Shown here: positions 9,848-17,336 of the stretch, piece by piece
Position numbering within the stretch: position 1 is the stretch's first letter
How the letters are laid out: every line of letters begins with the position of its first letter
Assembly (NCBI GenBank): GCA_964410585.1
Contig: CAYPFW010000004.1
Coordinates: 1 to 64,000 of the forward strand
DNA length: 64,000 nt
Reading direction: 5' to 3'
Source of the DNA: an uncultured archaeon
Lineage (GTDB): Archaea; Aenigmatarchaeota; Aenigmatarchaeia; QMZP01; JACQNV01
Notes under the pieces: model-generated
Told to the model about the DNA's origin: nothing
The model's input: only the letters and a program-made list of their open reading frames with translations
Databases searched by the model: none
Translations under genes and position numbers: made by a program

Positions 9848-10383
9848 AATGGCTCTTTCTTCACCTTCAAAAAATAAGCGATGAAATTTGCCATTAAATG
9901 AAATACAGGTGTGATTATCACAAACAGAATCACCCAGCTTATTTTAATTGGAACTAGAAAAGATGCAAAAAGAAATGATCCTAAAATAAAATCTATCTGA
10001 TCAAAAAACGGTAGAGTTCGACCCCTTTCTACGCCAATTCTTCTTTTGAAAAAGGATTTTATCAAATCTCCAAACAAAGCGCCGAAGCCGATGAAAAAAC
10101 CCAAGACAGGAGTCATTGGAATTATGTCTAGAGGGATAATAGAAACATTCCAAGGCAAATTTGGATAGGCGAACATTTGTATTGTTGCAAACAAAGCACC
10201 GATGAACCCAGCGCCTATCAAACCTTCCCAAGTTTTTCCTGGACCAAAAATTGGCTTGTTTCTCCAAGTTTTTCCAAAATCAACTGGATGTTTTCCCTTT
10301 AGCAAGGGAACTAAACCATTGGCTGCGTAGGCAGGAATGATAATCCAAAAAGCTTCAACAAGATTAAATAAATCAAAGACCAT
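9844..10383 (-). CDS. carS: CDP-archaeol synthase
   Basis: PAYAAN, PVDFG, GKTWEG, GDLIKSFFKRR, DQIDF. Confidence 0.93.
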   Translation of the reverse strand: MVFDLFNLVEAFWIIIPAYAANGLVPLLKGKHPVDFGKTWRNKPIFGPGKTWEGLIGAGFIGALFATIQMFAYPNLPWNVSIIPLDIIPMTPVLGFFIGFGALFGDLIKSFFKRRIGVERGRTLPFFDQIDFILGSFLFASFLVPIKISWVILFVIITPVFHLMANFIAYFLKVKKEPF

Positions 10384-10387
10384 AGAA

Positions 10388-10459
10388 TGGTCCCGATGAG
10401 GATTGAACTCACGGCCTCACGATTATCAGTCGTGCGCTCTGCCACTGAGCTACGGGACC
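10388..10459 (-). tRNA. tRNA-Ile(GAT), no intron
   Basis: Reverse complement GGTCCCGTAGCTCAG...CACGA-CTGATAA-TCGTG...TTCAATC...GGGACCA. Confidence 0.96.
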
Positions 10460-10521
10460 ATAATACAAACTATTTGATTGATCAATATATAATATAGAAT
10501 ATTAATAAAAGATAGTCTAGT

Positions 10522-10733
10522 GGAAGGTGTAAAAAATTGCAAGCAATCAGGAATTGGAAACAGATGCTAAACAATTGGATAACATCTGTTTCGGTCTCTC
10601 ATGCGAAGCAATTTTTAGCCTCCTGTCAACCTTTTAGGAAAAGGTTGATCAAAAGTATACAACGTGGAAGTTACCCCGAGCATCAGCGAGTGGGTAACTC
10701 CTTTTGGCTTAAGCCTTTTTTGAAAAAGGCTTA
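10522..10733. repeat. Composite palindromic repeat: two module-A units, a nested module-D hairpin and an inverted A hairpin
   Basis: GGAAGG...TAGCCTCC stem as at 15860, 17221 and 50957; 10626-10663 matches 58949-58986 at 35/38 nt. Confidence 0.85.
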
Positions 10734-10734
10734 T

Positions 10735-10809
10735 GCTCCTGTCGTCTAGTCCGGTCCAGGATAAGGGATTCTCAATCCTTCGACCCGGGTTCAAATCCCG
10801 GCGGGAGCA
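10735..10809 (+). tRNA. tRNA-Glu(CTC), no intron
   Basis: GCTCCTG/CGGGAGC-A, AGGGA-TTCTCAA-TCCTT anticodon arm. Confidence 0.96.
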
Positions 10810-10838
10810 TTTATTAATGGCAAGCATTATATAATACA

Positions 10839-11636
10839 TTGGGTGATCTTGTGACAGTTGTTAAGTATTTAGAAAAACCAAAGTTGAATGATCCTATTTT
10901 AGTTGAAGGTCTCCCAGGTGTTGGGAATATTGGAAGGGTTGCTGTTGGTTATCTAATCGATGAACTGAAAGCAAAGAAATTTGCAGAACTCCACTCAAAA
11001 TGGTTCTTCCCATTTGTGATGCTACAGGATGGTTATCAGGTCCATTTGCCAAATAACGAATTCTACTACTGGAAGGCCACCAAGAAGGGACAAAGAGATC
11101 TTATTTTTTTAATTGGTGACTGCCAGTCCTTGGTTCCAAACGGTCACTATGAAGTCACAAGGGAAATTTTGAATGTTGTTGAATCATTAGGATGTAGGGA
11201 AATAATTACCGTTGGCGGTTTAGCAACAGGTGAACTTGAGGAATCCCCAAAGACTTTAGGAGCAGTGACAGATAAATCAGTGATGGAAAAATATAAAAAC
11301 TTGGGCATCGATTTCAAGGCAGGCGAAAAAGTAGGTTACATTGTAGGCGCAGCCGGTCTATTGCTTGGTTTAGGAAAGGAGAGAAACATGAAAGGTGTTT
11401 GCCTTCTAGGCGAAACAAGCGGCTTCCCAATTGTCACAGATCCAAAAGCTGCTGAGAATGTTTTGAAGATTTTGACAAAAATGATTGGTTTAAATGTTGA
11501 CATGAAGAAACTTGATGAAAGAGTTAAGGATATGGAAAAGTTTATAGAAAAAGTCGAGGACCTGCAGAAAAGGGCTCTTATGCAAATGACAAAAGACATG
11601 AAACCGCCAAAAGAAGACACAAGGTATATCGGTTAA
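10839..11636 (+). CDS. Proteasome assembly chaperone PAC2 family protein
   Basis: EGLPGVGNIG, GDCQ, IVGAAGLLLG, CLLGETSG, DPKAA, C-terminal YIG. Confidence 0.9.
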   Translation: MGDLVTVVKYLEKPKLNDPILVEGLPGVGNIGRVAVGYLIDELKAKKFAELHSKWFFPFVMLQDGYQVHLPNNEFYYWKATKKGQRDLIFLIGDCQSLVPNGHYEVTREILNVVESLGCREIITVGGLATGELEESPKTLGAVTDKSVMEKYKNLGIDFKAGEKVGYIVGAAGLLLGLGKERNMKGVCLLGETSGFPIVTDPKAAENVLKILTKMIGLNVDMKKLDERVKDMEKFIEKVEDLQKRALMQMTKDMKPPKEDTRYIG

Positions 11637-11667
11637 GTTTATAAACAACAAAACTATCAATTACGCT

Positions 11668-11850
11668 ATGACAGAAAGAATATCCAAGTATGAATCTATT
11701 CGAATTATAGCTGCACGAGCGCTTCAAATTTCTCAAGGAGCACCAATACTAGTCAAAGTTCCAAAGGGTATATCAGATCCAACAGAGATAGCTAAGCTTG
11801 AATATGAAGAAGGCGTTATTCCAATAGAGGCCAGAAAAAGAACTGCTTAA
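11668..11850 (+). CDS. rpoK: DNA-directed RNA polymerase subunit K (Rpo6)
   Basis: SKYESIRIIAARALQISQGAP motif. Confidence 0.93.
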   Translation: MTERISKYESIRIIAARALQISQGAPILVKVPKGISDPTEIAKLEYEEGVIPIEARKRTA

Positions 11851-11942
11851 CCGCTTATATATATTTATTCTACAATTATTGTATCCCTCATTAAACCAAG
11901 GTTTAAATATACTATTGACAATATTCGTATTAATCGGTAATT

Positions 11943-12575
11943 ATGTTAACAGACAAAGCAAATTATTTGACAGCAGGAATACATATAGGAATGAAGTCAT
12001 GCACAAAATACATGAAAAATTTTGTGTACAAAACAAGAGAAGATGGTCTCTCTGTATTCAATCTACAAGAAGTTGATGCAAGACTTGAAATGGCGTCCCT
12101 TTTCCTTTCAAAGTATAAGAAAATAATGGTTGTTGGCCACAAAACAAGCGCACAAAAGCCTGTAGTCAGGTTTTCAAAAGAAATAAAAGCAAAACCAGTT
12201 ACAGGAAGATTCTCTCCAGGCACTCTGACAAATCCTTCATATAAGGATTTCTTTGAGCCAGACGCAATTTTAGTCACAGATCCTGTTGTTGATATGCAGG
12301 CAATAAAAGAATCAAAGAAAAAAAGGATTCCAATAGTTGCATTTTGTGATACATTTAATACTCCAGAGGATGTTGATTTGGTTATTCCTTTAAACAACAA
12401 TGGAAGGAACTCAATTGCATTTGCTCTCTGGGTAATGGCAAGGGAGATAAAAAAGAAAAGAGGAGATTTGAAAAACGACTCTGAATACAAACCAAGTTTA
12501 ACAGATTTTGGATACGAAAAAGGAAAGAAAGAATATGCACCTAAGTCAGAAGATAGTAGCAGCGAAAGTGCTTAA
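11943..12575 (+). CDS. rps2: 30S ribosomal protein S2 (uS2)
   Basis: YLTAGIHIG, GRFSPGTLTNP, DLVIPLNNNG. Confidence 0.95.
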   Translation: MLTDKANYLTAGIHIGMKSCTKYMKNFVYKTREDGLSVFNLQEVDARLEMASLFLSKYKKIMVVGHKTSAQKPVVRFSKEIKAKPVTGRFSPGTLTNPSYKDFFEPDAILVTDPVVDMQAIKESKKKRIPIVAFCDTFNTPEDVDLVIPLNNNGRNSIAFALWVMAREIKKKRGDLKNDSEYKPSLTDFGYEKGKKEYAPKSEDSSSESA

Positions 12576-13014
12576 ATGTGGAGTGAGCAGAGTAAGGATT
12601 TTAGACGAGAAAGCAGTAGGTGAAGCTCTAACAAGGGAAGACATAAGAAATCTTATCAAAAAAGGCGCTATAATAAAGCTGCCTAAAGTAGGCAATAGCA
12701 GGGTTGCTGCCAGAAAAATATTGGAACAAAAAAAGAAAGGAAGAAGGATTGGTAGAGGATCTGTAAAAGGAACCAAAAAAACAACTGCACCTAAAAAAAG
12801 GACATGGATAAAGACAGTAAGGCCGATAAGAAGGTTGCTAAAAGAGCTTAGGGATACAAACAGGATAGATAAAGATAACTACAGGGAATTATACTTGAAA
12901 ATAAAAGGTGGATATTTCAGAAACAAGAAGCATTTACTGCTTTACCTAAAGGAGAAAGAAATGCTCAAGAAATTTGAGAAGCCTAAAGCTAGCCTTTCTC
13001 TTTCAAAAAGATAA
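12535..13014 (+). CDS. rpl19e: 50S ribosomal protein L19e (eL19)
   Basis: QKIVAAKVLKCGVSRV, TREDIRNLI, GRGSVKG, KGGYFRNK. Confidence 0.95.
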   Translation: MHLSQKIVAAKVLKCGVSRVRILDEKAVGEALTREDIRNLIKKGAIIKLPKVGNSRVAARKILEQKKKGRRIGRGSVKGTKKTTAPKKRTWIKTVRPIRRLLKELRDTNRIDKDNYRELYLKIKGGYFRNKKHLLLYLKEKEMLKKFEKPKASLSLSKR

Positions 13015-13086
13015 AGGCTCTAGATATCGAAACTGGTCAATGAACCAGTTTCCAATTACGATTACCCAAAGAGAAACGATATACAA
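12988..13086 (+). repeat. Module-B repeat with nested module-D hairpin, overlapping the rpl19e 3' end
   Basis: GCTAGCCTTTCTCTTTCAAAAAGATAAAGGCT...ACCCAAAGAGAAACGATATACA matches the reverse complement of 51224-51281. Confidence 0.8.
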
Positions 13087-13097
13087 AGGTGAAAGCT

Positions 13098-13700
13098 ATG
13101 AACTTAAAAACAATTGTCCAACACAGGAGAAGAAGAGAAGGAAAAACAGACTATAGGAAGAGATTAAGATTACTAAAATCAAGAACTACAAGGCTTGTTG
13201 TTAGGAAATCTGTAAACAATTTGGTTTGCCAGCTTGTTGACTATAAACAAACAGGCGATGTTGTTTTGACATCCTCAGGTTCACATGAACTCAAAAACTT
13301 TGGATGGATATTCCACACAGGAAATTTGCCAGCTGCATATTTGACAGGTTTGCTTTGCGGTGTTAGAGGGAAAGAACAAAAAGTTAAAGAAGTTATTTTG
13401 GATACAGGATTGTTCCCTTCTGTTGGTGGGACAAGGCTATATTCTGCTTTGAAGGGTGCTGTAGATGGTGGTTTGCAAATTCCACATTCAGAAGAAATAC
13501 TTCCTCCAGCTGAAAGGATAAGTGGAAAGCATATAGCTGATTATGCATCTCTTTTGAAGAAAACAAAGCCAACTGAATACAAAAAAGTTTTTTCTGGATA
13601 CTTGAAAAACAAACAAGAACCTGAAAACCTGACAAAAGTTTTTGAAGAAGTCAAAAAGAAAATCCTTTCTGAAGGCGCAAAAACCAAGAAGGCCCAGTAA
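13098..13700 (+). CDS. rpl18: 50S ribosomal protein L18 (uL18)
   Basis: RRRREGKTDYRKRLRLL, GNLPAAYLTG, GAVDGGLQIPH; SD AGGTGA. Confidence 0.96.
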   Translation: MNLKTIVQHRRRREGKTDYRKRLRLLKSRTTRLVVRKSVNNLVCQLVDYKQTGDVVLTSSGSHELKNFGWIFHTGNLPAAYLTGLLCGVRGKEQKVKEVILDTGLFPSVGGTRLYSALKGAVDGGLQIPHSEEILPPAERISGKHIADYASLLKKTKPTEYKKVFSGYLKNKQEPENLTKVFEEVKKKILSEGAKTKKAQ

Positions 13701-13728
13701 TTTATTATAGTAAACCTAGTTTTAGTAT

Positions 13729-15009
13729 ATGTTTGGATTTCTAAAGAAAAAACTAAAAGAATCTGTTCAAAAGCTTTCAAAAAAGGCAGAAGTAGAAGAA
13801 GTTAAAAAACCTTCTAAAGAAGCTCCTAAACTTGAAAAGAAAAAGGAAATTACAAAACCAAAAAAATCTGAAGTAAAAGAAAAACCAAAATTAAGATCCA
13901 AAGAGCCAACTAAAAAAAGAATAGGAATAGTCGAAAAAGAAATAAAGCACATAGAGGAGGAGCAAGAGGGCATTGACGATTTAGAAGAATCAAGAGAAGA
14001 TACAGAAGAAACCCTAGAACTTCCAGAAGAAGAAGCAGAGTCGATCCAAGAACCAATCGCAGAACCAGCGCATGTCGAGCCAGAAGAAGAGATTGAGGAA
14101 GAACTGCATATTGAAAAGGAACCTAGCAAATTAAAAAGGTCTTTTAAAGAAAGGTTTTTCAAAAAAATCACAGTCAAAACACTTGAGGATAAAGACATTG
14201 AAGATTTTTTCTCTGATTTTGAGGGCGACCTTTTGCAGGCGAACGTAGCACTGGAAGTTGTTGAGTTTTTGAAGAAAAGTTTGAAGGAAAGGCTTGTTGG
14301 AAAAGATTTGAAAAGAGGCAAAGTTGAGGATGAGATACTAAAAGCTTTCCAAGAATCACTGGTCCAAACTGTAAACCAAGGTAAAGTTGATTTGGAAAAT
14401 AAACTAAAAGAGAAAAAACCTTTGGTGCTTGCGTTCATTGGTTTTAATGGAGCTGGGAAAACAACCTCTATTGCAAAATTAGCTAATTATTTGAAAGGAC
14501 AAGGACATTCTGTTGTTTTAGCTGCTGGAGACACTTGGCGTGCAGCTGCTCAAGAACAACTAGAACACCATGGGAGCAAAATTGGAGTGAATGTGATTAA
14601 ACACCAATATGGCGCAGACTCAGCTGCTGTTATTTTCGACGCAGTGAAACACGCACAGGCGAAGGGTATTGACTTTGTTTTAGCTGACACTGCTGGAAGG
14701 ACTCAAGCCAATGTGAATTTGATGGATGAACTCAAAAAAGTTTGTAGAGTCAACAAACCAGATTTGAAAGTTTTGGTGGTTGATTCTCTAACTGGAAATG
14801 ATTGCTTGGAACAAGCTCACAAATTCAACGATGCTGTTGGTGTCGATGCAGTTGTTTTGACAAAAACAGATGTAGACGAAAAAGGAGGAGCTATCCTCTC
14901 TGTCTGCTATTCAATTAAAAAACCAATTTTGTTTTTGGGAAAAGGCCAAGAGTATAGCGATTTCGAGCCCTTTGATGCAGAGAAATTTGTGAAAGGTTTG
15001 TTGGAATAA
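13729..15009 (+). CDS. ftsY: Signal recognition particle receptor FtsY
   Basis: Acidic N region, GFNGAGKTT, DTWRAAA, DTAGR, TKTD, GGA. Confidence 0.96.
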   Translation: MFGFLKKKLKESVQKLSKKAEVEEVKKPSKEAPKLEKKKEITKPKKSEVKEKPKLRSKEPTKKRIGIVEKEIKHIEEEQEGIDDLEESREDTEETLELPEEEAESIQEPIAEPAHVEPEEEIEEELHIEKEPSKLKRSFKERFFKKITVKTLEDKDIEDFFSDFEGDLLQANVALEVVEFLKKSLKERLVGKDLKRGKVEDEILKAFQESLVQTVNQGKVDLENKLKEKKPLVLAFIGFNGAGKTTSIAKLANYLKGQGHSVVLAAGDTWRAAAQEQLEHHGSKIGVNVIKHQYGADSAAVIFDAVKHAQAKGIDFVLADTAGRTQANVNLMDELKKVCRVNKPDLKVLVVDSLTGNDCLEQAHKFNDAVGVDAVVLTKTDVDEKGGAILSVCYSIKKPILFLGKGQEYSDFEPFDAEKFVKGLLE

Positions 15010-15010
15010 T

Positions 15011-15778
15011 ATGGAAACTGTTTCTTTTTTAGACTCAAAAGGAAACAAACTTGAAGGAATACTTTCAGTACCAGAACATGCTAAATCAGTTGTTGTGCTA
15101 TCCCATGGTTTTACTTCTAGTAAAAATACCAAACTGTTTGTAGAATTAGAAAATGAGTTAAATAAATTGGGGATAGGGACATTGAGGTATAATTATTGGG
15201 GTCATGGGGAGCTTTATTGTAAAGGGCTTAAGTACAAGGTTTTGAAAGATGTGACCTTGTCTAATTCTGTTGATAGTTTAAGGGCAGCAATTAAATCAGT
15301 TCTTAGAAAAGGCGATTACAATATTGGTTTAGTTGGTTCTAGCTTTGGTGGTTTGGTATCAATTATTGTGGCTTCTGAAAATTCAAAAATAAAGGCTCTT
15401 GCGCTAAAATCGCCTGTAACCGAGCCTATTAAATTTTGGAGGGATAGGTTGGGCGATGAAAGAATAAAAAAATGGAAACATGACGGTGTCATCTACTATA
15501 ATGAACGCTCAGAGGAATTCGAATTGAATTATGGTTTTTGGGAAGATCTTTCTAATTTCAACACATTTAAAATGGTTGAAAATATTAAATGTCCTGTATT
15601 TGTTGTTCATGGAGACAATGATACTGTTGTACCAATTAAACAAAGCCAGGATTTTGCAAAAATCGTCGGCACAAAGGTTAAAATTGTTAAAGAGGCAAAT
15701 CATGCATATTCTGAACCATCTCAATATGCTGAAATGAAAAAGTTGATTGTTGATTTTATTGTAATAAACTTGAAATAG
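15011..15778 (+). CDS. Alpha/beta hydrolase
   Basis: HGF, GSSFGG nucleophile elbow, HGDNDTVVP, ANH. Confidence 0.9.
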   Translation: METVSFLDSKGNKLEGILSVPEHAKSVVVLSHGFTSSKNTKLFVELENELNKLGIGTLRYNYWGHGELYCKGLKYKVLKDVTLSNSVDSLRAAIKSVLRKGDYNIGLVGSSFGGLVSIIVASENSKIKALALKSPVTEPIKFWRDRLGDERIKKWKHDGVIYYNERSEEFELNYGFWEDLSNFNTFKMVENIKCPVFVVHGDNDTVVPIKQSQDFAKIVGTKVKIVKEANHAYSEPSQYAEMKKLIVDFIVINLK

Positions 15779-15810
15779 GGAAAGAAGCAAAAATTTCGCC
15801 TCTTTTCTAG

Positions 15811-15942
15811 TTTGTATACCGTTTTCTTTTTGGCCAAACCTTAACCTTTTTCTAATAGTGGAAGGCGTTAAGAAAATTTCTGAAGTGCTCTGAGGAAATT
15901 TTTAGCCTCCTGTTTTGATCAACCTTTTAGGATAAAAGGTTG
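15811..15942. repeat. 3' half of module B (minus strand) joined to a module-A unit, abutting the SRP RNA 3' end
   Basis: TGTATACCGTTTTCTTTTTGGC resembles 51224-51244; GGAAGGCG...TAGCCTCCTGTTTTGATCAACCTTTTAGGATAAAAGGTTG resembles 50957-51036. Confidence 0.82.
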
Positions 15943-16245
15943 GGACGCGCCGTCGGTGGATACATCCTAATACATTGGTTTATCTATCCGCCCTTCTCTG
16001 CTTTGCACCCTTGTAAGCACCAATCATCCGCTAAATATCATAGTAGCAAATATTTAATGTTTAATACTGCTTAGTGCTGCTGCCTTCCGACCCTGACACG
16101 GTTCACAATAACAAAGGTCCTACAAGACAAAGCTTCTCAGTTGGGTGAACAGGCCAATATATCAACATATACCGCCCTCTGGCTTCGGCTTCGCCTGAAA
16201 GGGGTTTGCGATAACAGAAGACCCTTAGCCTTCCAGCCTAGTCCC
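15942..16245 (-). ncRNA. ffs: Archaeal SRP (7S) RNA
   Basis: Helix 8 motif GTGAACCGTGTCAGGGTCGGAAGGCAGCAGC on the minus strand; 5' GGGACTAGGC pairs with 3' GTCCC; about 304 nt; close to ftsY. Confidence 0.92.
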
Positions 16246-16266
16246 AAAATTAGTTGGTTTTTTGGT

Positions 16267-16274
16267 ATTTAAGC
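16267..16274 (-). promoter_or_regulatory. Probable TATA box of the SRP RNA gene
   Basis: CTTAAATA-like box on the minus strand about 22-30 nt upstream of the 5' end. Confidence 0.55.
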
Positions 16275-16381
16275 GTGTTCCAGAACCCATATAAGAGGCT
16301 AAAAACAATAATAGATATTGTCGGTTATCCATCCGTGGAGGGTTAGAGGAACCGGCACAGTTTGTTCATTGTAGGTTCCCT

Positions 16382-17206
16382 ATGTTAGAGTCTCTATTCG
16401 GTTTTAAGGCAATAATGAAAAGGCCTTATTTGATGTTTTTTTGGACAATTATCATTTCTAGCGTAGCTGTTTTATTGACACTAAGACTACCATATGACCA
16501 ATTTGGTGTAGGCAATACTGTTTTTGATCTCAGAGGATTGTTTGTTATTATTTTCACTATAATGCCGCCTGTTTATTTTGCAACAAAATACATCAAAAAA
16601 GAGGAACAGTTGGAGGAAAAGGAAATAGAAAAAAAATATCAGAAACACATTTTTTCAAGAATCCATTCAAAGGATATCCTAGTTTTCCTTTTTTACTTTT
16701 TTGGTGTGGTTCTTAGTTTTAGTATTTGGTCATTTGTTTTACCAGATACATTTTTCCAGGTTCAGGAAATTGAGTTAGCAAGGGTTGGAGCTCACCCAAC
16801 AACTGTTTCTGGGTTTTTGACACAGACGCAAATAGATAAGTTCAATGTTTTCCTGTCAAACAATATGCAAATAGTGTTTTATTCATTTCTCATTGGTTTG
16901 CTTTTCGGTGCAGGCTCAATATTTATTTTAACATGGAATGCTAGCGTATTATCCACAAAAATAGCTCTTTTGGCAGGTGCTATTCAGGGTATACCGGGAG
17001 CAACCACACCGTTCCTTTTACATGGGACAATAGAAATAGCGGGATATATTTTGGCTGGTTTAGCCGGAAGCATTATCTCTGCAGCTGTTATTAGAGGACA
17101 TCATAGGAAGGGTGTTTTCTTAAGAGTGATTTTAGACACCGCGCTTGTTTTTGCATTGGCAGCTGGACTAATTGTTTTAGGGGCTGCTGTTGAAGCATTT
17201 ATTTAA
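16382..17206 (+). CDS. SpoIIM/DUF95 family membrane protein
   Basis: FLSNN, ILTWNASV, HGTIEIAGY motifs; hydrophobic helices. Confidence 0.85.
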   Translation: MLESLFGFKAIMKRPYLMFFWTIIISSVAVLLTLRLPYDQFGVGNTVFDLRGLFVIIFTIMPPVYFATKYIKKEEQLEEKEIEKKYQKHIFSRIHSKDILVFLFYFFGVVLSFSIWSFVLPDTFFQVQEIELARVGAHPTTVSGFLTQTQIDKFNVFLSNNMQIVFYSFLIGLLFGAGSIFILTWNASVLSTKIALLAGAIQGIPGATTPFLLHGTIEIAGYILAGLAGSIISAAVIRGHHRKGVFLRVILDTALVFALAAGLIVLGAAVEAFI

Positions 17207-17220
17207 GCTCTCCTGTTTAT

Positions 17221-17302
17221 GGAAGGCGTAATTTTTTCCAAGCAACAGCGCAGGAAAAAATAGCCTCCTTTTTGGCATAAGCCTTTTCTCAAAAAGGCTT
17301 AT
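17221..17302. repeat. Module-A two-hairpin repeat upstream of smc
   Basis: GGAAGGCGTAA...AGCAACAGCGCAG...TAGCCTCC then TTTTTGGC-ATAAGCCTTTTCTCAAAAAGGCTTAT. Confidence 0.85.
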
Positions 17303-17336
17303 TCAACTATAAAAGCTTGCACAAATAATAATAGTA

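Noticed and set aside
10550-13057. GAATTGGAAAC / GTTTCCAATT words resembling CRISPR repeat ends
   Set aside because: No regularly spaced direct repeats with spacers and no cas genes; the words are borders of hairpin cassettes
16319-16358. GC-richer hairpin (TGTCGGTT/AACCGGCA) upstream of the SpoIIM-like gene
   Set aside because: Single copy, no recognisable riboswitch or repeat match
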